Shown: positions 1 through 12,543 of the stretch, one piece after another
Layout of the letters: each line of letters begins with the position of its first letter
Position numbering within the stretch: the first letter of the stretch is position 1
NCBI GenBank assembly: GCA_025558095.1
Contig: JAIVFI010000010.1
Location: 186,001 to 250,000, forward strand
Source: Hyaloraphidium curvatum SAG 235-1
Taxonomy: Eukaryota > Fungi > Monoblepharomycota
DNA length: 64,000 bases
Direction of reading: 5' to 3'
Translations under genes and position numbers: made by a program
Notes under the pieces: model-generated
What the model was told of the DNA's origin: nothing
What the model saw: the letters and a program-made list of their open reading frames with translations, nothing else
Databases searched by the model: none

Positions 1-280
1 ACGAGAGCTCGGGGTAGTGAAGGTGGCACGTGTCATTCGACGACCGCCTCGAACAAGTTGAATCACACCGGATCTAGCTCATTCATCACATTATCGATCC
101 AGTAGTGGGGAATCAGCCCTTCTTTCTGGTGTTCTGGTCTGCCCGTCCTCCGACGGCATAGGGGGTCTGATCGTCCCGGTTTCACCTCCAACTCCGAGCT
201 CCGCTCCACTGGCCAGCCCGGCGGCCTCCCCCAAAAATGACCATGGGGACGCGCCTATCGACGCGCCGTCCCCTTTGGGC

Positions 281-1416
281 ATGAAGGCCGGCTCGGCGTC
301 GTACCAGCGCGGCGGCCCGCCCGCGCGGCAGCTGCAGCCGCCGACGGCGCGCAGCCCGCGCGGCCGCGACAGCGCCGACTCGCGCGACGGCACCGCCGAG
401 GCGTCGGAGGACGGCGACGGCTCGCCGCCGGGTCGCAGCCCGTCGCCCGGCATGGCCCGCGACGAGTCGTTCGTCGGCATCCCGCGGCACCTGCCCTCCG
501 CGAGGCACTCGATCACGCGGCGCGAGATATGGAAGGGGTTGGCAAACAGGATCCTGTACTCGCGGGCCTATGCCACGCTCTACGTGGTCATGGCGCTGCT
601 GTCGGTCGCCACCATCTACCTCGTGGGTTGCCCGGAACCGTGGACCTGTTGTCTGGATTTCATATCGGGTTGACGACACCACTTCCTTCCTCGTGATTTC
701 CTTCCTTGTGAATGCTTGGATCTTGAAGGCCTCGACCGAGAAATGGTAGGCCTTTGTTCTGGCAGACCTGCATGTGTGGAGTGTCGACGTTTCGCCCCCT
801 TCCGCCCATCACACGCAGCCCCAGCATCACCTTTGTCACGTTCGAGGTGCTCATAAACCTCTCCATGATCTTCGAGATCGCGATACGGATGACGGCCCTC
901 GGACGGGTCGGTAGACCTTGCGTTGGCGCAACGGCTCCGACCTGACATGTCCCCCGGCCCGCCAGCTGTTCTGGAAATCCATATGGAACGTCTTTGACCT
1001 CGCCGTGCTCGTGTTCTGCGTCGTCACGCTGGCCGTCATGACGGCCACGCGGCCGCTGGCCCACCAGACGGACTGCAACCCGGACTCGTGGTCCGAGAAG
1101 GAGGAGGTGCTGGACCTGTTCATGATCATCGTGCGCAACGTCGCGCAGGGCGTGCGGATGCTGTTCATGCTGCGGAAGTGGGTCGTCGTGCGGGTGCCAA
1201 GGCCGGCCCGACCTGAAACTGACGCCTTCCCCCTGCCCGGTTGCCAGAAACCGACAAAACATCTTCTCGCGCCCGCAGAACGTCGACCTCTCGGCGACGC
1301 AGGGCCTGCTCGCGGGCCACATGCCCGCGATCGACGTGGTGCCCTCGAGCCTGCCCTCGAACGGGTACGGCCGGACCGTGGTGTTCGAGGACGACGAGGA
1401 CGACTTTGACATGTAG
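281..1416 (+). CDS. Stand-alone four-TM ion-transport (voltage-sensor-like) domain protein, 5 exons
   Basis: Spliced product reads ...NRILYSRAYATLYVVMALLSVATIYL|ASTEKC|PSITFVTFEVLINLSMIFEIAIRMTALGR|LFWKSIWNVFDLAVLVFC...IIVRNVAQGVRMLFMLRK|NRQNIF...DDEDDFDM*. The E-x3-R and WNxFD motifs are typical of Ion_trans S2/S3. GT-AG introns join the frames. Confidence 0.75.
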
Positions 1417-1552
1417 CCGGCCGCGCTGGGTAGGCGCGGGGCTACGTGCCGGGACGCGGGAGTTGGGAAGACTCTGGGCATGGCACTGAGGAGCACACGG
1501 CACGCATATGCTATCATTCGGCTAGAAAGGTCACGGTCTTGTACAGCGAAAC

Positions 1553-2011
1553 TCATGCCGCTGGAGACGGCGACTGCGAATGCCTCCTCTTCGCCACTTC
1601 CGCGACCATCTCCTTCGCTGCTGCCGGCACGCGGTCAAACATCGATGCGCGCCGCTGCCCCTCGGCCCCTTCGGCCGGCCTCGAAGGCGGGGTGCCGGGG
1701 CCGGAGAACCATTCGGTGATCCTGAGCACGATCGGGCCGGGGTCCGAGAGCCTCCGCTCCTTCTGCTTCTGTTCCACCCGCAGATGCTGTCTTCCGTCTT
1801 GCGGCTTGGTCTCGGTTGCGTCCGGTTCGCTGCCGGCGTCGGCGGGCGATCGCGCACGGGAAGCGCTTCCCTGGGAGGTGCTCGCCCGGTCCGGCGGCGT
1901 CACCCGGCCGTCCCTGCTGCCGCGCGTCGGCGAAGGAGACCTCGACTCGATCGAGACGCGGCGGAGGGTGCCGTTCGAGGACTGCTGCAGCCAGAAGCGC
2001 ACGTCCGACAT
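1553..2011 (-). CDS. Hypothetical low-complexity Ser/Arg/Pro-rich protein
   Basis: Open frame MSDVRFWLQQSSNGTLRRVSIESRSPSP...; an upstream ATG near 2140 is possible. No recognisable domain. Confidence 0.4.
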   Translation of the reverse strand: MSDVRFWLQQSSNGTLRRVSIESRSPSPTRGSRDGRVTPPDRASTSQGSASRARSPADAGSEPDATETKPQDGRQHLRVEQKQKERRLSDPGPIVLRITEWFSGPGTPPSRPAEGAEGQRRASMFDRVPAAAKEMVAEVAKRRHSQSPSPAA

Positions 2012-2422
2012 GGCGCCGGTCCGCGATGAGTCGACGAAAGCCACGGCGGGCACGGGCTCGTGCAGGTCGCGGTTGCGCGAAACTCTAGGTGGCGTCGTCC
2101 GTGCGGCTTTGCGAAGCTTCTTCCGCCGCTCACGTCTCATGTAGGGGCGGAGGAACGCGCGGGAGCTCTGCAAATATGCACTGCGAAGTGCATCGCTGAC
2201 ACAGCCTTGAGTGCATCAACGCGGCGATTCAACGCCAGTGGCAAAGCAACCGACCTGTTCGAAACGAATCCTGCTGCCAGATGCTCGCTAGAAGATCATC
2301 CTGGTCTTCCGCTTCTCTGGACTCGACCGGAGATTTGGCGTGTTTGAACCCGCCGCCCGCCCTCGCCTTCCCCTGCCCGTGCCACCATCGGGCAAAATAC
2401 GCTGCGAGCCCAAATCGCGGCC

Positions 2423-4954
2423 ATGCCCGCCCGGGACGTTTCCGCCGCGCTGTCTGCGCTGCCTGCCGGGATCTCGGACGAGTCGCGCGAGTACATCGCG
2501 GCGATAGCCTCGGAACACGAAGGGGACGCCGGCGAGCTCCGCGACGCCATTGGGCCGCTCCTCGAGGACGCCGGGATGGCCGGCGGAGACATCGACGAGC
2601 TGTGTGCGAAGCTGTCCAAGGCGGAGTTGGGCAACGGGCACGCTGTACCGGTGCCGGAGGACACCGGCCCGCGACGTCTCCCGGTGCCGCACGAGTCGGG
2701 GGAGAACGGCGCCAAGACGGCGACCAAGCGCGGTCCTTCGCCGAAACCGGGGAAGAAGTCCGTGTCTCCCTCCCGCGGAAAGGACAAGAAGGGGTCGGCG
2801 GCCCCGAAGGAGAAGGAAAAGGACAAGGACAAGGAGAAGGACCGCCCGTCTCCCTCGCCGTCCCCCGCCCTCCGCGAGCCCGCCGTGGTGGCCACCACGC
2901 AGGTCTCCCGCTTCTACTTGGAGAGCATCGACACGGACAACAAGGACGTCGACCTGCCCGGGGTCACCCTGACCATCGACGGCGCCGACTTCGTCCGCGA
3001 CGCGAGGCTTCAGCTCACCGCGGGCGAGCACTACGGCCTCGTGGGCCGGAACGGGACCGGAAAGACGCAGCTGCTCCGCGCCATCGGACACGGGAGGCTG
3101 CTCGGCTGGCCGAGGACGGTGTCGGTGCTGTACGTCGAGCAGGAGCTGGTCGGTTCCCGCGAGAAGGAATGCCTCGAGAGCGTGCTCGAGGCCGACGTCG
3201 AGAGGACGATGCTCAAGAGCGAGGTCGCGCGGCTGGAAGCCGGGCTGGAGGACCACGCGGACCCGGAGGCGGTGTCGCGGGCGGTGAAGGAGGTGCGCCT
3301 CGAAAGGTTGCGGCGGGCGCTGCAGGAGGCGCAGGACATTGCCGACAAGCGCTCCGGAGCGCGGGGATGGGACGCCCGCAAGGTGCTCCTCGAGAAGGAA
3401 AAGGACCTGGCAACGGCCGAAGCAGAAGGATTCGAGCACGTGCGCGACGCCGCGCGGGCGCAGGAGATGCTGCAGGCCCTGTACGAGCGGCTCGCGCTGA
3501 CGGACTCTGACGAGGCCGAGGCCAAGGCGATGGAGATCCTCGTCGGCCTCGGGTTCTCGGAGGAGCAGATATCGGAGCCGACCGCGAACCTGTCGGGCGG
3601 GTGGAGGATGAGGCTGGCGCTTGCCAGGGCGCTGTTTCTCGACGTGGACGTGCTGCTGCTGGACGAGCCGAGCAACCATTTGGGTAAGATGGACGCTGGA
3701 TGAGGCAGGGTCGTTGCTGATCGTCGGCGCGGCAGACCTCGGAGCGACCTTGTGGCTTCAGCAGTACCTGGTCTCGCGGCGCGGTCAGCAGACGGTCGTC
3801 GTCGTCTCGCACGACCGCTACCTGCTCAACGCTGTCGCCCAGCACATCATCCTCCTCAAGGATAAGACGCTCAAGTACTACATCGGAAACTACGACGACT
3901 TCGTGCGGGTGCGCGAGGAGACCCTGACCAAGAAGCTCAAGCAGCAGGAGCTCCTGGACAAGAAGCAGGAGAACCTCAAGGCGCAGGTGGAGCGCAACGT
4001 GGCGCTCGCGAAAAAGACGGGGGACGACAAGCGGCTCAGCCAGGCCGCGTCGCGCAAGAACCGCCTCGACAACTTTGGCCTGCTCAAGCTCGAGGACGGC
4101 AAGCGGTGGAAGATGAGCAAGCACGGGTACTACCGGCAGGGGGTCGAGTTCGAGGGCAAGGACAAGGACATCGTGTTTGATCTCGAGGACCCGGAGCCGC
4201 TGCGGGGCCACGGGCCGGTGCTGCAGCTCCGCGCCGTGTCGTTCAAGTACGACCCGGACCCCGCCGCGCCGGACGTCGTGGACGGGGTGACGCTGGACGT
4301 GGACCCGGCGTCGCGGATCGGGATCATCGGCGGCAACGGCGCGGGCAAGACCACGCTGCTGCAAATCATCCTCGGCGCGCTCAAGCCTACAAAGGGCTCG
4401 GTCGAGCGCGATCCGAGGCTGCGGGTGGCCTACTTTGCGCAGCACCACGTGGACGAGCTCGAGCTGGACCGGACGGCGTTCGAGTACATCTCAAGCCTGT
4501 ACCATTTCGACAAGGAGCAGGAGGTGCATGACTACCTCGGGCGGTACGGGGTCGCCGGGCGGCTGGCGCTGCAGCCCATCGGGACCCTCAGCGGCGGGCA
4601 GAAGGCGCGGGTGGTGCTCGCGAGGATCATGCACGACCCGCCGCACGTGCTGCTCCTGGACGAGCCGACGAACCACCTCGGTGGGATGGCCTTGTCGTCC
4701 AGCGGGGGGCACTCGTGCTGATGCTGTTTGCCCTTTCAGATGCCAGCTCCATCGAGGCGTTGGTCGCCGCCGTCCGCGAGTACGCCGGCGGCGTGGTGGT
4801 CGTCACGCACGACGTGAGCTTCCTCAAGGAGGTCGCGGACGACGTCTATTCGCTGCGCAAGGGCCGGCTGGAGCGGCTCGAGGGCGACGAGGGGCTGGAG
4901 GCGTTCCTGGAGAAGATGACCAAGGCGGTGGCGAGGAGGGGGAAGGGGAAGTAG
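2423..4954 (+). CDS. ABC-F family ATPase (ABCF3/GCN20-like), 3 exons
   Basis: Two ABC domains without TM segments: GRNGTGKT / LSGGWRMR / LLLDEPSNHL and GGNGAGKT / LSGGQKAR / LLLDEPTNHL. Introns at about 3683-3735 and 4681-4739. Confidence 0.9.
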
Positions 4955-5329
4955 GTCGTGTACGTTGTGTCCATACTCAGGCGCACAGCTTGCCGCACCT
5001 GAATTCGAGGATCCGGCCGGCCGCGCAGAGATCCCCACAGCAGTTTCTCCCTCGAAACCCCGACAAGTGCAGCGACACTGCACGTTTACGTCAGCGGACT
5101 GATCTTTCGTTTCTGGGCGGCGAGGACGTGCGCCAGAAAGACCCTGGACTCGAACATGATTCGCAGGAAGCCCAGTAGCAAGACGGGTTGCATGTCTGCT
5201 GCGACCTTGAGGGAAGCCTCCCGGGAGTTGCGGGGGGACACTTCGGTGCTGTGCGCACCAGCCTGCCACCCGGCGTCCCGCCTCGCCAAGCCCTCGGCCC
5301 CCTGCTGGCAGCATCGAGTTTCCGCTACG

Positions 5330-7579
5330 ATGCGCGCCTCCACTGGCGCCGCCGCCGCCGTGCTCTTCTCGGCGGCCCTGCTCGGCGCCGCGCGGGGCGA
5401 CTACGGTGCGCGACGGGCGGCGACCCGCGGCCGCGTGTAGCTAACGCGGCGAATCGCAGTTCTCAGCGAGGCCACCCCGTCGACGCCGCCGCCGCTGCAG
5501 CCGACGGTCATCATGCCCGGCTCCGGCGTGGGCGCGAGCGTGCCGGCGAACCCCGTGCGGCGCGACGCCGCCCGCGCCGAGCCGCTGGGATCCACGGCCT
5601 TCACCGGCGTGTACGCCATGCCCGACGTACCGGACGACCTGCTCCCGTCAGTCAGCCTGGGCGACGATTTTGCTTTCGTCGGCGTCAGCCCCGAAGGACT
5701 CGTTACGAAGTTCGTTTTTGACGACGTTAACATCGGACTGCAGGTTCGTCCGGTTCGGCAGCGGCCTGCGTCTCTTTCCTGAAGCGTCTCCCCTCCAGGT
5801 GGACAGCTTCGTCGCCCTCTTCGGCCAAGCTGACCCAGTCGCCGGCGGGAGCGCCGTTGTCCACCACGTCGGGCATCCGGGCGCTCCCTACGTGTGCAGC
5901 GGCGTCGGCGGAGAGAGCAAGACCTGCACGCTGCCCTGGACGACAACCACGGAATCCGCGAGCGCGTCGGTGCCTGCGAGCAGCACCCTGGACCCTCCGC
6001 CATCGGCTTCGGCTTCGGCGTCAGAAACCGCGACGGTGATCGCTCCACCAACAAATGAGCCCTTGTCGACGACGGAAACAACAACAGATGAGCCGCCGAG
6101 CTCGACTACCACCTGGAGCTGGACATGGGACTCTAGCTCAACTCCGAGCGGCACGGAGACTGCCAAAGTCACCGTCCGACCTATGACAACCGAAGCGTTG
6201 GAGCCGACCACCACTCTCCCGCCCCCGCCTCCTCCTCCCACGAGCACCCCTGCACCCCCTCCGCCACCGCCGCCCACCACTGCCGTACCTCCCCCGCCGC
6301 CGCCGACAACGACATTCGAGCCGCCCCCGCCGCCGACGACGAGCAAGGTTGTTCCGACGACCACGGCACCGCCTGCAACGTCGGCCAAGTCCGTGCCGAC
6401 GACGCGGCCCCCGGTGCCCACAAGCAGGAAGGCGCTCAAGGCGACCACGCGCAAAAGCTCGAGGAAGCGGAGCACCTCCAGGCGCAAGCTGACGACAACC
6501 AAGAAGACCGCAAAGACCACGACGCGGAGAAAGACCACCACCAAGAAGGTCGTGCGCAAGACGACCAAGAAGGGCGCTCCGGTGACGGGCAAGAAGGTGC
6601 TCGCCACCGCGATCGTCACCGCCAAGGCCCTCGGCCGGCGCAACCGGGCGCCGATCGGCCGCCGCGCCCTGCAGCGGCGCTACATCTTCGGCGACGACGA
6701 CCGCGAGCGGCTCAACGATCCCTGGCGGGGCCGTGTGCCCTACAAGCTCGTCGGCCTCGTCGGCAACCACTGTGGGCGCTCCGACCCGGAGTGCTCCGTT
6801 CCGATGCTGACCGGAAGCCCTGCACAACAGGCACCGGCACCCTCGTCGGCCCCCGGCACGTCCTCACCGCCGCGCACTGCGTCCACACCGGCGGCCCGCT
6901 GGGTGACTGGATCCCCAATCTGAGCTTCACCCCCGCGTACGACGTCGGCGCTCCGACGAGGGCGCCGCACGGCACGCTGCCGTGGGCGTTCGCGACGACG
7001 ACGTGGCAGTGGATCCGGAGCAACCAGAGCTGGGAGCACGACCTGGCCATCGTGGAGCTGCGGAACGACACGGGGCTGGGGTGGATGTCGTACGGCCACC
7101 ATTCGGGGTTGGTGGCGGCCTGGACCATGAACAGTGAGTGGGAGGGGGCGAACAGCCGGTCCGGTTGGGAGCTCATGTCCGTTCCAGTCAATGCATACGG
7201 CGGCGACCAGCCGGGCATCATGTTCTACGACCACGGCACGCTCGCGGCCGTCAACGCCGACACCTTCACCTACCGGGAAATCGACATGGTGCGCCCCCGT
7301 TCGACCGCACGCTCCTGCCCCGCGCCCTGACCGCCCTCCCATCTCCAGGTGCAAGGCGCCTCGGGCGGCGCCCTGTACACCATCGACGGCGATGGCAACC
7401 GCGTCATCTACGGTGTCAACTCGTGCACGGCCTGGCGGGCCGGGGACGTCCGCGGCCGCAACCAGTTCTTCGCGACGGGGCACACGGCGCCGAGCTACAA
7501 CCAGGCGGTGCGGATAACCGCGGCGCAGTTCGCGCGGGTGTGCGGATGGATCGGGGCGGGGGTGCTCACGGGGTGCTGA
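5330..7579 (+). CDS. Secreted trypsin-fold serine protease (V8/glutamyl-endopeptidase-like) with N-terminal domain and Pro/Thr-rich linker, multi-exon
   Basis: Signal peptide MRASTGAAAAVLFSAALLGAARG. Triad motifs CTGTLVGPRHVLTAAHC (His), HDLAIV (Asp), GASGG (Ser). RR|YIFGDDDR resembles a mature N-terminus. Confidence 0.8.
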
Positions 7580-8215
7580 GGGAGCTCCAGAGGGAGCCGG
7601 CTGTCGTTCGAGAGGGCTGAGGTCGGCGGTCGATGGGTGCTGCTCGTCTGTTCATGTTGGTGTTGGAAATGAACCTGTCTCTTCTGAGCGACTCTGGTTC
7701 TCTGAAAACGGAATGCTATCATTGTCGGCGCCCAAGTCAACATCTCCGGCGACATCCGAGGGTACCCAATTGGAGACTGTTCTCAGGACTACCGGAAAGC
7801 TCTGACTCAACCAAGGACGCAAGGACGCGAGCACCGCCCGACCCTCGGGCCCCAAGCAATTTGCTGCGGCCGAGGCGGGATTTGCGAGCTTGGCGGCTGG
7901 CGCGCGGGCGGTGCTGATTGAAAAACGGCCCCTCACGGCCTTCCGCCCCGAGTCTGCGCCGGCTTTCGCGGAGAGCCATTGTCTGCTGCCGGGTGCGCTA
8001 TTCCGGCGGGTTTCGGCTTTTGACGACGCCGGAATCTTGGGTTCCGAGTTGTGTGGCAAATCAGCAAGGACGCTTTGGGGGTCAGCTGACGTACGCAGCC
8101 GCTTGCCCGCCGTGGCGCAGCGGGGCCCAAGAGCTGAAAAAGGCCTTTGGGACGCTCGCTGTTCGCCCCAGGCCCATTTTTGAATACCGCTATACCACTC
8201 CAACGCCCGCGCCGC

Positions 8216-10213
8216 ATGGGGAAACCCGAGGCGCCGCTTCCCGAGCCCGCCATGACCGACGCCCTGCAGCTGTACTCGGCGCACCCGCCGGCCGCCGCCG
8301 ACCTGCTGCCCGACGGCTACCACGCGCTCGACCCGCACCACTACCACTGCTCCGACGCCGCGTGCGACGGCGACTGCGAGGCGCCGCGGCCGCGCAGAGA
8401 ACGCGCGGCCTTCTGGGCGTTCGCGGCGTCGGTCGAACTCACCCTTCTGGTGCTCGCCGCCGCCGTGCTCGGCCTCTACGTGCTGCTGCCGACGCTGCGG
8501 GCCCCCACCGCCTCCCCGGCACCCGCCAACGCCACCGCCGACTTTGTCGACCCCGTCTTCCCAGAGCTGGACAATGACTTCCAGGGCCGTGCCTCCGCAG
8601 GCCGCGCCTCGTCGAGCCCCGGCTTCGTCGGCCTGGCCGCGTGGCCGGCACCCGCCGCCTGGTCGGCGGACACCCGCACGTACCGCGTGCTCAACGCCCT
8701 CTGCATCCAGCGCATCGCCGTCGCCAACACCTCGGCCGGCCCGTCGGACGCCTTTGCCCTCATCTCCGAGGCCGTGCAGCGCGCCCAGAGCCGCATGCAG
8801 AAGCTCGTGCCGCTGCCGGCGCTGGCCACCCACCCGCTGTGCGTCGACGTCGCCATCACCGACCCGTCGACCGACGCCTGGGGCGCCGGCGAGCGCTACT
8901 CCCTCCAGGTGCCCTCCTCGGGCGCCATCCGCATCACCGCCGACACAGCCGTCGGCGCCCTCCGCGCGATCGCCACCCTGCCGCAGCTGCTGGGCAAGAA
9001 CGCCGTGCGCGCCGTCGCCGGCAGATCGGGCTCGCCGCTCGCCTGGGCCATGCAGCCGACCGTCGTCAGCAACGACAAGCCCGCGTACCCGTACAGGGGC
9101 ATCATGGTCGACACCGCGCGCCACTACATCCCCCTGACCGACCTGCGCCGCACCCTCGACGGCATGGAGGTCGCCAAGATGAACCGCCTGCACCTGCACC
9201 TCTACGACAGCCAGTCCTTCCCCCTGCGGTGGCCCGGCCCCGACGGTCAGGGCAAGCTGTGGCAGCTCGGCGCCTTCAAGGACGCCGCGGGCAACCCGCT
9301 GACTTACTCGGCCGAGGAGCTCGCCGAGCTGTCGCGGTACGCCGCCCGCCGCGGCATCGTGCTGGTGCCCGAGTTCGACGTGCCTGCGCACACGGACGTG
9401 TTTGTGCTCGCGTACCCGGACAACATGGCCTGCAAGCCCGACATGGCGAGGCCCTCGGGGCAGCTGCAGATCTTGCGGGACTCGACCTACCCGCTCGTCG
9501 CGGACCTGCTCGCGTGGGGCATGGACACGGCCTTCCCCTCGTCGCCTGCGATGCACGTCGGCCAGGACGAGGTGCACAAGTGGTGCTTCAACTGGGACGA
9601 GATCGTGCCCAACGAGCAGTACTCCTTCCTCGCCAGCGCGTCCAGGTTCCAGGGCATGCTCACCGACGAGATCGTCAACAAGCGCGGCCGCACCCTCATG
9701 GCGTGGGAGGACCTCGTGACGCCCAGCACGATGGACGGGCAGGGCCTGAACGCCGAGGGCGGAGTGCCCGACGACGGCACCGTGGTGCCGCGGAGGGACA
9801 GCCTGCTCGTCGAGGCGTGGCGCTCCATGGACACGTACCGCTGGCTGCTCGGCAAGGGGTACCGCACGCTCTTCTCCGTCAGCAGCTACTGGTACCTCAG
9901 CTGCGGGCAGTGGTGCAACCCCGGGACCGGGAGCATCTCCATGACCTGGGCCTACAACGCGCCGTTGCCGGCTACGGGGACGAACCCCAACGCGGCCGGA
10001 GGCGAGGTAGCCTTTTGGACTGAAGAGACAAACGCCCAGGTCTTGGACAAAGTCATCTGGCCCCGCGCTGGTGCTGCTGCTGAGCGTCTGTGGTCGAACC
10101 CCGGCGCGGACAGGAGCAGGAAGCTCTGCACCGAGGCCAGAACAGCCGAATTGAACAGGCAACTCGCGGCCGTGGGGATCGACGCCTGGCCGGCGTCGAC
10201 GGTGATGAACTGA
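8216..10213 (+). CDS. GH20 beta-N-acetylhexosaminidase, membrane-anchored, intronless
   Basis: Motifs YRGIMVDTARHY, KMNRLHLHLYDSQSFP, VPEFDVPAH, HVGQDE (catalytic DE), GGEVAFWTE, IWPRAGAAAERLWS. N-terminal TM segment. Confidence 0.92.
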   Translation: MGKPEAPLPEPAMTDALQLYSAHPPAAADLLPDGYHALDPHHYHCSDAACDGDCEAPRPRRERAAFWAFAASVELTLLVLAAAVLGLYVLLPTLRAPTASPAPANATADFVDPVFPELDNDFQGRASAGRASSSPGFVGLAAWPAPAAWSADTRTYRVLNALCIQRIAVANTSAGPSDAFALISEAVQRAQSRMQKLVPLPALATHPLCVDVAITDPSTDAWGAGERYSLQVPSSGAIRITADTAVGALRAIATLPQLLGKNAVRAVAGRSGSPLAWAMQPTVVSNDKPAYPYRGIMVDTARHYIPLTDLRRTLDGMEVAKMNRLHLHLYDSQSFPLRWPGPDGQGKLWQLGAFKDAAGNPLTYSAEELAELSRYAARRGIVLVPEFDVPAHTDVFVLAYPDNMACKPDMARPSGQLQILRDSTYPLVADLLAWGMDTAFPSSPAMHVGQDEVHKWCFNWDEIVPNEQYSFLASASRFQGMLTDEIVNKRGRTLMAWEDLVTPSTMDGQGLNAEGGVPDDGTVVPRRDSLLVEAWRSMDTYRWLLGKGYRTLFSVSSYWYLSCGQWCNPGTGSISMTWAYNAPLPATGTNPNAAGGEVAFWTEETNAQVLDKVIWPRAGAAAERLWSNPGADRSRKLCTEARTAELNRQLAAVGIDAWPASTVMN

Positions 10214-10427
10214 ACATTGGCATATGGAAACGAGTCTGATGCATCGACATGACATGATTTATTCTATACCTATCGATCGGCATATGTAGCATGCCCCATC
10301 TCAACATACACCGTGACGATTTGAACTGGTTCGCCGAGCTCGGTCAGGAGATCCACAGTTCACGACTTCCTGTCCATTACTTGGTACTCGAATGCAAGGC
10401 TCCTTGCAACAAAATGCCGATACACTG

Positions 10428-12543
10428 TCATTCGGGCACAACGTTGGCGGCCACGACGAAGCCCGGCGCCGCTCCGGCCTTGGCATCCTCGCCCGCCGGC
10501 CCCTCGCCGCCCTGCACTTTCCCCGCCCCTTCCTTCGCCTCGGCCTCCTCCAGCTCCCGCCGCTCCTTCTCCGCGTCCTCCCGATCGAGGTACCGGAAGA
10601 ATCCGTACAGCAGCGCCCCCGCGACCGCGCTGACCACCGCCAGGCTGCCGTACATCCACACGAGGTACGGATCCTGGCTGATGGGCACCAGCGCGAACTG
10701 GATCGCCGATCCGAACGCCGAAGTGAGCAGGAAGAGCGCCATCACCACGGACTTCATCGTCTCGGGGGCGCGCGAGTAGGCCAGCTCCAGGCCGGTGATG
10801 GACGCAAAGATCTCGGAGCAGGCGATGAAGAGATAGGCCGGGATCTGCAGCCAGACGCTGACCGACGACGGCGACCCGGCGTTGTCGGCGTTGTAGATGC
10901 TCTGCTGGACCCACGCGCTCCAGGCCATCCCGGCGGCAGCGAAGAAGAAGCCGAGCGAGATGCGGAAGACGGGGCGCAGCCGGATGTGCATCTTCATCAG
11001 GCCCGGGTAGACGACCCGGTCGAACAGGGGGATTCCAACAATCACGAAGAGCGGGTCGAGGTTGACGATGACGTCGTTGGGCACGCCGTTAGTCTCCATG
11101 CTGCCGGCTTGGGAGATGAGGTTGTTGGTCATCTGCGAGTAGACGACCCAGTAGAAGGGGAAGAAGACAAAGACCTTGCACGCGCCGAGGGCGCGGTACA
11201 GGTCCTGCACAAAGTGCTCGTCGATGTTGGTGGGCTTGTCGGGGTCCGCGGCCGTGACCAGCTTCGTGCCCGCGCCGGCTCCGGCGGGATCCATCATCTT
11301 TGCCCGCACGGCGGATGCGCAGGCGTCCCAATCCCCCTTGAACTTCCCGTACACCTCGCGGACCACCCTCCATGCATCGACGAGCACGGGCGAGCCGCGG
11401 CGCGGGCGGTCCGCCTTGATGGTGCCCGACTTCCATCCGACGAGGAGCACGACGATGACGAGGAGGAATACGAGGGAGGGCACGAGAAACGCTAGCCAGA
11501 AGCCCACGTACATCTCGGCGTACGTTGCGGCAAAGACCCCGGTTAGGGAGCCGACGTTGATGGCGAGGTAGAAGTAGTTGAACACCGTCTGAGGCACGAA
11601 TGAGAGACGCGAAGGAGGAAAAGTTCTTGCATTTGCGGCCCACCTGGATGGTCAGACCCGGGTCGACGACCTCCTGCTGTCCATTCTTCTTAGTCCTCAC
11701 GAAAGGCACCTTGTAGGGGTATTGGTCTGCGACGAATGGCGACACGTTGGTCTTGATGCTCCCCGTGGCGACCCCGAGCACGATCATGGAGATGATGAGC
11801 CCCGCGAGCGCCGCCGAGGTCGACGCGGCCAGCAGCGGCGGCACCGAGGTGCCCACGAGCACGGCGAGGCCGAGCACGTAGACGCCGCAGAAGAGGAGGA
11901 TGGTGCGGAACTTGCCGAGGCCCCAGGCGTCCGAGACGACGGCTCCGAAGATGGGGGAGAGGTAGCAGAGGAACTGGAAGGTTGTGGTGAGGGCCGTAGC
12001 TGTGGCTTGACCCAGACCCAGGCCGCCACGCTGGCCACTCTCGTTGGTGGGGTACGGAAGAGAGATGTAATTCTGCAGTCGGAGCGCACCATCGATCAGG
12101 GTTGATACAATCAGCGGGCCTTTCGCGCCGCCCACCTGGAAAGGGGCGCTGACTCCGTAGTATGCGAACCGTTCCGCGAGCTCGGCCAAGACCACGAGCC
12201 AGGCAGATAGCGGCAGCATGTCTGCGACCGTCGGCAGGACCTTCAGCTGCTCGTCGGTCGGCAGCGGCCCCGGCGGCGTCGCGGGCTGGGCGAGCGGCGG
12301 CGCGCTCGGCTCCGTCGTCGCCACGCCGGCACGAGTGACCGTCAGCGCGAGGCCGCCCGCCAGCGAGTCCTTGAGGGTCGCTGTGCGCGACATCGTGTCG
12401 CCGGCGCGGGCGAGCGTCTCCTTGCGGGCGCGCTGGAGGGTCGCCACGGTCGGGTCGGCGGGCGGCGCCCGGCGGCGCAGGCTCGCGACGGGGTCGGCGG
12501 GCGCCGTGGCCGCGAGCTCGGCAGCATCGTCGACGCGGGACAT
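10428..12543 (-). CDS. PTR2: POT/PTR2-family proton-coupled di/tripeptide transporter, copy A, 3 exons
   Basis: ELAERFAYYG (ExxER motif), GSIKTNVSPFVADQ, FYLAINVGS, SEIFASITGLELAYSRAP. Confidence 0.92.

Noticed and set aside
1-36. Possible minus-strand gene start at the window edge
   Set aside because: Only 12 codons are visible, which is not enough to support a call.
6200-6580. Repetitive CCG/ACC-rich tract as a possible array
   Set aside because: It encodes the Pro/Thr and Lys/Thr linker of the protease and has no repeat-spacer structure.
7652-10255. 867-aa minus-strand ORF, and many similar long antisense or alternative-frame ORFs
   Set aside because: These are shadows of GC-rich coding sequence on the other strand (here GH20). 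They are Arg/Gly/Ala-rich with no motifs.
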